Source of the DNA: Utricularia gibba | Taxonomy: Eukaryota; Plantae; Magnoliophyta | Direction of reading: 5' to 3' | DNA: 64,000 nucleotides | NCBI GenBank assembly: GCA_002189035.1 | Contig: NEEC01000009.1 | Coordinates: 1,364,001 to 1,428,000, forward strand | Shown here: positions 51,689-64,000 of the stretch, one piece after another | Position numbering within the stretch: position 1 is the stretch's first letter | Layout: each line of letters begins with the position of its first letter | Program-made: the position numbers and the translations under genes | Notes under the pieces: generated by a model | Databases searched by the model: none | The model's input: only the letters and a program-made list of their open reading frames with translations | Told to the model about the DNA's origin: nothing

Positions 51689-52109
51689 TACCTCATCCTC
51701 AGTTCATTTACACACTTATTTCTAATTTTTTTTATAATTATCAACTAAAAATAATACACGAATTATTTTGTTCATTTTAATATAATTTTTTAATAATATA
51801 ATTTTTATCTATTTTAAATCACTTTTTTTTTCATTTCTAGGATTTCGAATAATAGAAACCAAATCTATTTTATGACATGTTTTTAGGCATATTATTATAA
51901 GTAATTTCTCAATTCTGCAATGAAAATATTTTTATAATATTAGAATCTATTTTCAAAATTTTATCTTAATTCACATTCTAATTTTTTGCAAATTTATTTT
52001 AAAAATATATACGAAAACATACACTAAATTGTATGTGTAGAATGATAGGTGGTATTATTAAACCCCAGCGACAGTTAGAACGCGATGCGAGTTCAGCTAC
52101 CGTGTGAAG

Positions 52110-52766
52110 GTTTTGAGAGATTACATCAAGGAAGTAAGCATTAAGTTGGAGTTTTTACCATCGGAGAAGCAAGTAGCAGGCATTCTCACAAAATCCCTAT
52201 TTCTAAGCATTTTTCCCAAATCAGAGAATTACTAGGGTTTCGGCGTAATCCTACAGATTCTACAATCTTACCTCAGCCTCATACTCAAGGAGGAATGAAG
52301 TTTGACCTCGATGAATCAACGAACAAGTTGGGTGAGGATGAAGCAGATGCGAGGATCAAGAACCCAGAGGATGATTGTCCGAGCAGCTGCTAAGTCGAAG
52401 GTGAAGAGAAGACTGAAGTCAGACATGGGCCTCATTATCATGGACCCTAACTCCATGAATGGGGCTCTCATGAAGATGGGCCATACGCTAAGGTAGAAGG
52501 CCCAGGTCCAAACCTACCCTTCTAATAGAACCCGTCTACACAAGAAAAGAAGTAGGAAAATCATGATGATGACGACGGCTAGAAATTAGCTTCAACAAGT
52601 TAACGCCTCTTTTTCTGAGTCTATAAATACCTGCTTGTAGTTGAGAATGCATGTGACAAATACCCCTCATTTTTCTTAGCAAAATCAATACCATATTGTT
52701 CTCTCACTTATACTACATAGCACACATCCTCAATATCACTAAGTATAAAAACAGACAGTTGAGCCA
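52110..52766 (+). mobile_element. Truncated Ty1/Copia remnant: RNase H C-terminus, PPT-like tract, probable 3' LTR
   Basis: From 52113 it translates to LRDYIKEVSIKLEFLPSEKQVAGILTKSL (Copia RH 'Q(L/V)AD(I)FTKxL' region). CAAGGAGGAA is followed by TG at 52296, and CTATAAATA lies near 52620. The block is absent from copy B. Confidence 0.75.
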
Positions 52767-52771
52767 TGCCA

Positions 52772-54733
<1,962 letters not shown>

Positions 54734-55915
54734 GCTTCGCTCTGATTGTCTCCGGGACCGGCGTCGACGTTTAATTAATAGACCTGGGATGGCTGCTATG
54801 TGATGTGCGGGTCCTGTGGGCTCACATAATTTTTTTTGTTTTTAAAATAGAGCACACGGATAGCGGCCAGCCAACTTTTCAGCGTCGGCTGCCGAGTTGG
54901 TCAGCTAACCGTTCGTTCATTTGTGCATCCCCAACACAATGGATCATGATCATCCAAGTGGCAACATTTCGATTGGGTTTCTAATGAGTTCGATAGGTAT
55001 TTGGTGTTTATGATGATATAATAAATAAAGAGTAAAGATAGATTTTTTTATATTTATGTTTCATATCTGATATAGTTTTTGAAAAGAAATTTAAAAAGAC
55101 AATAAAATTTGATAATTAATGAGATAATTCTATTTGTATTTACTATGATAAAAAAATAAATTTTTTAAGAATTAGGTATGGACGTACGTAAAATTTCATT
55201 GTATATATTTCTTAATCTTATGGCAATTTATTAATTGATATTAGATTGCACACAACATAGTTACCTGTGTCTTTCTCTCTTATATGGAGAAGAAAATCCC
55301 ACATCGGACGAGGATTCGGGGACTTTGCAGCCTCGAATAAAGCAATTCAGTGCTACCGTTTTTGTCTACATGCTGTGGCCATTGTAAAACATTGTCACCA
55401 CTCCACCGGCGACGCAACTTCCATGGTTGGGGGGTGGTTTGAAATTTGATCACAATTTTTCAAGTACATAAAAATTATCAAAATAAAAAAAAAAAAAAAA
55501 TAAACATATTTGAAGATTAATAGCTCCTGGAAGAAAAAAAAATGAAAAATTAGTTTAAAATTTGAGAAAAAGATTGATCATTATCTCTCCGCATGTAGAA
55601 TGGGGGGGTTGGTGTGCTTCGCTCCACGTGGGAGGGGCATTGCTGCCGGGGGTTTATCAGGCCAGTCATGTTGAGCTGGGCAATTGTGGGTCCATCTGGG
55701 TTGGCTCTGCTAGGAGTCGGGATGAGCCACCACAGTTGGGCTGGGCCAGCGCACGGCAGAGCCACACGAGCTTGTCCGCCAGATATGGGCTTTTTTGTGG
55801 GCCGGGACAGATGACAAGCTGGTCCACATATATTGGGCCGGGACACGATCTAGTTCACCATTCTTGGGCTAGGCTGCGGACTGGTCCATTGGAGTTGGAA
55901 TTTATCGAAACTGGG

Positions 55916-56482
55916 CTAGTCGATTGGGTCCAGAACCTGGTAGGCCGGTGGCGGGCTGGTGATGTGCCATCGGCTTGGGACGCACGGGGTTTGCCGGGGC
56001 CACAAGGTTAGACCTTGTCGTCCGCGTGTCTGTGCACCCATCATGGTGGGAGGTGCAACATCGGGCTCAGGCTCCGGTACTCCTTGGGGCTTCTCCGGCA
56101 ATACTTCCGGTTTCACCTCTGGCTCTTCCGGCACCTTTGGAGGGAACACATCTGGTGCCGGAGGATTCTTCTCCGGAAATTCCGGCTCTCGCCACGGCGA
56201 TATGTACGGTTTTTCGCTCGGTATCTCCAGAGGCATAGGATCGAAATCGGGGACATTGAGCGCCCCCAGTATCTCCGGTGGTAGCTCTGGCTGCATTGGC
56301 GGCGACCGTCCAGGCACCTCCGTTTGGCCGACTACTCGAAAAGAATGAACGACTCCGGAGCTCCGAAGTCCATGGTTGATCAGTTTGACCTGAAACTTGG
56401 CAAGGGACATCTGGATTTGACGTGAAGAGGTGACGACCAAATTAGGTGATCGAGTAGGTGAAACCGCTGCCGCCATGTTCAT
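55916..56482 (-). CDS. Uncharacterised Pro/Glu/Val-rich protein, copy B (188-aa ORF)
   Basis: In-frame paralog of 51110-51580 with a different C-terminal extension. Confidence 0.7.
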   Translation of the reverse strand: MNMAAAVSPTRSPNLVVTSSRQIQMSLAKFQVKLINHGLRSSGVVHSFRVVGQTEVPGRSPPMQPELPPEILGALNVPDFDPMPLEIPSEKPYISPWREPEFPEKNPPAPDVFPPKVPEEPEVKPEVLPEKPQGVPEPEPDVAPPTMMGAQTRGRQGLTLWPRQTPCVPSRWHITSPPPAYQVLDPID

Positions 56483-56958
56483 CTCCTTTCTGTTAGCGGT
56501 GCGCGGCGCCCATTAAAACTGCAGTGTCGGACAGATGTCCGTGAAGACACGGATTCTTGGCCTCCACGTGGTTCTCGTGTAGGAAACGTGTACCTCATCT
56601 TCAGTTTACGGCACAATAATTTACACACTTATTTCTAATTTTTTATAATTATCATCTAAAAATAATACACGAATTCATTTTAATATATTTTCTAATAATA
56701 TCATTTTCATCTATTTTAAATCATTATTTATCATTGAAGAATGTATTTTTAAAATTATATTTAAATTATCATTATCATTTTAATTCACATTTTAATTTTA
56801 ATTCTCTTCTTCACTCACACAGGAAGCGTCTCTCCCAAGGGGATCGTCAAGTTGCAGGCATTGATGCTACTGAAGTAAAAAGATAGGTCGTATTATTGAA
56901 ACCCAGCGATAGTTTGGAGGTAGAACGCGATGCGAGTTCAGCTACCGTGAAGTAGCCG

Positions 56959-58910
<1,952 letters not shown>

Positions 58911-59346
58911 GCTTCGCTCTGATCGTCTCCGGGACCGGTGTTATTAATACAGTTGGGCTGGATGCTATGGAGTCGACTCTCTCTTGCTGCGTATATGGAG
59001 AAGAAAATCCCACATCGGACGGGTACTCGGGGACTTTACAGCCTCGAATATTTAAATCAATGGAGAAAAGCACGAAAGGACAGGCCCGGCCCATTTGTCA
59101 AATGTGGATGTGGTGGCCCCATGGGCGTCCGGCACGTTTGGTGTTTGCACATTTCGTTTAATAAAAAGAAATAGAGAATTAATTGAATGCGGGGCTTTTT
59201 ACCACCATTTTTTAACCGCGCTCTCGGTTCTTCGTTGGGTTGTCCGCCGGCTGGAGTGTAGTCAGTGGATCTCTCTCTGTGTCATATCATTTCAATCTCG
59301 GGATATCCGTCTCGCCCAATCCGGCGCCGTTGCTGACCTCCCGCAA

Positions 59347-62243
59347 ATGGCTGCGCAATCTCTGAATCTTCACTCCGCTGCTAAAGCCCTCGTCTCCGGC
59401 TACACGCCTCCTTTACGCCCGCTATTTCACCGCGTGCGGCTTCCCAAGAGGTCGTTGGCTCCCTCCTTTTTCATCAGAGCTTCACAAAACGGTTCCGGCT
59501 TGGCTACGGTGCCGTATTCTGCAATCGCGGACTCCAGCTCGATTGAGATTGATGCGGTAACCGAGACGGAGCTTAAGGAGAATGGGTTCCGCAGCACGCG
59601 GCGGACCAAGCTCGTTTGCACAATTGGGCCGGCGACGTGTATGCCGGAGCAACTGGAAGCGTTGGCGGTGGGCGGGATGAACGTGGCCAGGATTAATATG
59701 TGCCATGGGACGAGGGAATGGCACAGGCAAGTGATTCAGCGGGTGAGGACGTTGAATGAGGAGAAGGGATACGCGGTTGCGATTATGATGGACACGGAGG
59801 GCAGTGAGATTCACATGGGCGATCTAGGAGGTGCGTCGTCTGCGAAGACTGAGGTATATTCCAAGGAAGTGCGTTAATTTTTATAAGGGTTCATTAATGA
59901 ACGACGCTCATCAACCTTGTGAACTATCATCCTCTGAATCAGCAGTTCACCTTTTTAGTCCTAAACATATTTGAGAAGTAATTTTCTTATGATGGTTGAT
60001 GACTATGTATCCCCTGTACTTGTACATTTCTGGACAATTCTCATGTTGATAGTGCGGATAAGAGTTTCTGTGAGTATGGTTTCTTATTTGGCTGGGATGT
60101 CTGGATTTTACTGGTGGCACGATTTATCTGATTTCAAGTGGCATGTTATCGCTTTGTCATACCTTATTTGCTCCTGCTACTTCCGAAAGTGAAGAATGTG
60201 TTGATGTCGAATTTTTTCATTTTTTTTCAACATTATTCAGGATGGTGAGATATGGACTTTTAGTGTTCGGCCATTCGACTCGGGACTCCCTGAACGAACT
60301 ATCAATGTTAACTATGATGGGTTTGCTGAAGGTTAAGGAGTTCTAATTTCATGCATTTCTGTTATAAGCTTAGCTATGGCCACGCATTAAATGATGTAGG
60401 TTTTTTGCATTTTTAACAAATCAAATTTTCTCCCTTGACAGATGTAAGGGTAGGTGATGAACTTCTGGTAGATGGTGGAATGGTTAGGTTTGAGGTGATA
60501 GAGAAGATTGGTCCCGACGTTAAGTGTCTCTGCACTGATCCTGGTCTTCTATTGCCCAGGGCTAACCTTACGTTCTGGCGTGATGGGAGTTTAGTTAGGG
60601 AGCGTAATGCAATGCTTCCTACAATTTCCTCAAAGGTTCACATCGTTTAACCTTATTGATACGTTGTTTGAGTGGGATCATTTTTGTGCATGATGTTTAT
60701 GTGCTGTTGAGACAACTAGACACCGGTGGCTATGCTGATGAATGTGGAAAGTTGCTTGACAGATGTTGGACTCGTTTCAAAGTCTGCAGTGTACTTTTCG
60801 CGGTTCATGTTTATTGTCTTTCTCAATTTTTTTCACCAAGGAAAGAGCAACTGAACATCAGTTTTCTGATAATCTCGACAACTCTTAAATTCTGGGTGGT
60901 GGTTGTCATGAAAGTTTTCGCCAGTTTTTGTGTTGATTTTTTGAGCATACATTCTGAAACTGCTGCTCGTCAGGACTGGCTGGACATTGATTTTGGAATT
61001 ACTGAGGGTGTTGACTTCATTGCTGTATCATTTGTCAAATCTGCTGAAGTTTTAAAGAACCTAAAGAGCTATATTAAAGCACGGGCGCATGATAGGTATT
61101 GTCCAAAAAACTCTCTTTTTTCCTATATGGACTGAAACTTTCTAGGCGTTGATTCTTTTTCTAATATCACTGCTGTTCTTCTGCAACTGTTGAACTCATG
61201 TGATGGAGCAGTGACATTGCTATAATCGCCAAAATTGAAAGTATCGACTCATTAAGGAACTTGGAGGAGATTATTCAAGCATCTGATGGAGCAATGGTTG
61301 CAAGAGGAGATATGGGCGCGCAAGTACCATTGGAGCAGGTTCCATCCGAACAGCAGAAGGTTGTCCACGTGTGCAGGAAAATGAATAAGCCGGTTATTGT
61401 TGCCAGCCAGTTGCTGGAGTCTATGATAGAATATCCTACGCCCACTCGGGCTGAGGTTGCTGATGTTTCCGAAGCTGTTCGCCAGCGAGCTGATGCCTTG
61501 ATGTTGTCAGGTGAGTCTGCCATGGGCCAATATCCTGAGAAAGCGTTGACTGTTCTGAGAACTGTTAGTTTGAGAATTGAGAAATGGTGGAGAGAAGAGA
61601 AAGTTCATGAAATGAAGGAGCTCCCTGCTATAGCCTCTTCATTCTCAGACCACATTTCAGAAGAGATCTGCAACAGTGCTGCTAAAATGGGTAAGAGGAA
61701 TCCCTATAACAAGTCTTCATATTCACATTTCTATGACAAAGTTGATAGTCAGTTAAATGCACTCTTTTTTCTAGCATTATCAATCATCGTGCAATGACTG
61801 AGAAGCAGCATGATTTACATTATTCAGTACATTTTTTTGACTATTCGTCGAGTTACAGATGTCTGTCTGTGATCCATAGCCATTCACTTTATTTATCCTT
61901 GCTTCTCATTAAGGTACTGATGTTTGCATTCCCACTCTGCAGCGAACAAACTGGAGGTTGATGCCATCTTTGTTTACACCAAAACTGGTCACATGGCGTC
62001 TCTTCTTTCAAGATGCCGGCCCGACTGCCCCATCTTCGCCTTCACCACAACAACATCCGTGCGCAGGCGTCTGAACCTGCAGTGGGGTTGATACCCTTCC
62101 GATTAACATTTGCACATGACATGGAGAGCAATCTGAACAAAACCTTCTCCTTACTCAAGGCCAGGGGATTGATCAAGCCCGGTGATCTGGTCATCGCTGT
62201 CACAGACATGCTGCAGTCAATCCAAGTCATGAATGTACCTTAA
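59347..62243 (+). CDS. PKP1: Plastid pyruvate kinase alpha subunit, 6 exons; apparent -1 frameshift at 62084-62087
   Basis: Transit peptide, [66 protein letters not shown] and C-terminal IQVMNVP*. Confidence 0.95.
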
Positions 62244-62818
62244 GAGAAGATGATTCTAGAGCCGCGATGTTTGCCCTTGTGATGCATACTCTAGACCTTA
62301 CCTTGTCCTCCTCTTTTGAGAAGCAATGATGAGAGCTCAGCTGTTTTCCATCCATGGCAGATGCCAACTTGCAGACAACATACACTAAATGTTGTCTTCC
62401 AGAAGCTGGTACTATAAATGCCCAACCAACCCCTCCCTGCTCACCTCACCACCTCTCCCTTCCAGCCACTCATTCAGCTGATCTTTTGCAACGCACCACG
62501 ATATCCCATACCCCCCAAGTCACCCATAAAAGCGACAAGGCATCTCAGAAGCTCCACCCGCCTTTGATTTTCAAGACCATTGAGAAAAAAAATACTACTG
62601 TTTCAGGTAGAGTCTTATGTCACTAGTGCGTGAGAATGTGGACCACAAGTCCCTAGCGCTGTCTCTGGTACTGTTGCAGCTGCAGAAATACAGACTGTCC
62701 CATGTGCTCTGTCGACTCACATCCATCAGCCCACTTTTATTGTATTTCTCGCGCTCAAAGGCAGGGCAGGGTTACCCCTCCTTGCTTCATCATTAGACTT
62801 CCATCTCCCAACCTTGGC

Positions 62819-63036
62819 CCCGGTCCGGTTAGGACACCATGGTTTGGTAGTACGTCCGGAAAATAATAAATTTTAAATCCACAAATTATATTTAAAGATA
62901 TTCAAAATAAATTCTATAAAAAAAATCCCGGGTCCGGTTAGGAAACCATGGTTTGGTAGTACGTCCGGTTAATAATAAATTTTAAGTCCACAAATTATAT
63001 TTAAAGATATCTAAAATAAATTCTATAAAAAAAATC
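62819..63036. repeat. Two-copy tandem repeat, about 109-bp unit
   Basis: CCGGTCCGGTTAGGA(C/A)ACCATGGTTTGGTAGTACGTCCGG...TTCTATAAAAAAAATC occurs twice with a few substitutions. Confidence 0.92.
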
Positions 63037-63122
63037 AACTTCCCTCTAGTAGTAATAGTAATAGAAAGAATACAAGGGCTACAGTTTGAATTATTAAATA
63101 AATAAATTCAATTTTGATTCCG

Positions 63123-63911
63123 TTAATTATTGACCGAGAGAGTGGCCACTCTAGGGACCTCAACGGGGAACTCATGGATCTCATCCATCCACGGGTTCTT
63201 TTCTTTTTCAGGGTCGACCCGTCTCAGGGCTTTCCAGACAGCGCTGTTGCATTTAAAACCCGACCCGAAAGCGATCTGCCAGGTCCGATCGCCTTTCCGG
63301 ATCCTCCCTTTGGCTTCCGTGTATGCCAGTTCGTACCACAGCGAGCTGCTGGAGGTGTTGCCGAATCGGTAAAGCGTCATTCTGGAGGGCTCCATGTGCC
63401 ACGGCGTGAGTTCTAGGTTCTTCTCGAGCTCGTCGAGGACCGCTCTGCCGCCGGCGTGGATGCAGAAGTGTTCGAAGGCGAGCTTGAAGTCGGGGATGTA
63501 GGGTTTGATTTTCATGTTGAAGGCCTTGCGCATGATGAGAGTGGCTAAGAAGAGGAGCTGCTCGGACATCGGGAGCACGATTGGGCCCAGGGTTGTGATG
63601 TTCGTCTTCAGGGCTTCGCCGGCGACGGCCATTAGATCTTTCGAGAGGGATACGCCGACTTCTCCCTTTTCGTCTTCTTCTTGGAACACGCAGGAGTAGC
63701 TTCTGTCGTCGGAGCCTTTGTGGGTTCTTACTGTGTGCATCAATTGGTATTTTGCGCGGCGGCGATCGGAGGGCTTGTTGGAGAGGAGAATCGCCGCGCC
63801 GCCCATTCGGAAAATGCAGTTGGAAACGAGCATTGACCGCTGGTTACCGAAGTACCAATTCAGAGTGATGTTCTCCATGCTCACAACCAGTGCATAGGAA
63901 TTCGGATTCAC
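63123..63911 (-). CDS. KCS: 3-ketoacyl-CoA synthase (KCS2/KCS20-like), final exon; the 5' part lies beyond the window
   Basis: [71 protein letters not shown]; acceptor AG at 63913-63912. Confidence 0.95.
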   Translation of the reverse strand: MNPNSYALVVSMENITLNWYFGNQRSMLVSNCIFRMGGAAILLSNKPSDRRRAKYQLMHTVRTHKGSDDRSYSCVFQEEDEKGEVGVSLSKDLMAVAGEALKTNITTLGPIVLPMSEQLLFLATLIMRKAFNMKIKPYIPDFKLAFEHFCIHAGGRAVLDELEKNLELTPWHMEPSRMTLYRFGNTSSSSLWYELAYTEAKGRIRKGDRTWQIAFGSGFKCNSAVWKALRRVDPEKEKNPWMDEIHEFPVEVPRVATLSVNN

Positions 63912-64000
63912 CTGAATTTGGGGTGGAGGGAAAAATTAGGGTTCTGGGAAATCGATCCAAAATCAGGATTACAGAAAATTCGGGATCCAATTGTTGGTAC

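Noticed and set aside
59095-59346. 84-aa N-terminal extension of PKP1 in the ORF track
   Set aside because: It runs through promoter and 5'UTR sequence. The transit-peptide-like region starts at ATG 59347.
62354-62626. 90-aa ORF with a nearby TATAAA downstream of PKP1
   Set aside because: No homology cues; it overlaps the probable PKP1 3'UTR.

Overview
Gene-dense eudicot nuclear DNA with short spliceosomal introns (about 20 protein-coding genes in 64 kb). No rRNA, tRNA or CRISPR features were recognised. Gene order: polygalacturonase (partial), acetyl-CoA synthetase, filamin/CCCH/RRM SR-like protein, BGAL9-like beta-galactosidase, TBC Rab-GAP, SERF/4F5, RALF peptide, glycine-rich protein, homocysteine S-methyltransferase, TSO1/TCX CXC protein, TPR protein, EGF-like protein, SLOW GREEN 1, dymeclin, a MIR167 hairpin, ATP sulfurylase, a tandem duplication carrying [uncharacterised Pro/Glu-rich gene + ADH-like gene] x2, plastid pyruvate kinase alpha, and a KCS (partial). 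Most notable observations: (1) a U12-type AT-AC intron splitting the third codon of SERF; (2) MIR167 with a tandem duplicate of its star arm; (3) a 5.2/3.7 kb tandem duplication with a GAATA microhomology junction, a 587-bp identical internal tract, a Copia remnant in one ADH 3'UTR, and a Ser/Thr difference at the ADH active site; (4) five independent -1 homopolymer frameshifts in conserved genes, most likely sequencing errors rather than pseudogenes. No wholly new multi-gene system can be supported from sequence alone; the duplicated ADH + orphan Pro/Glu-rich module is the best candidate for something undescribed. All homology calls come from motif recognition by eye, not database searches.
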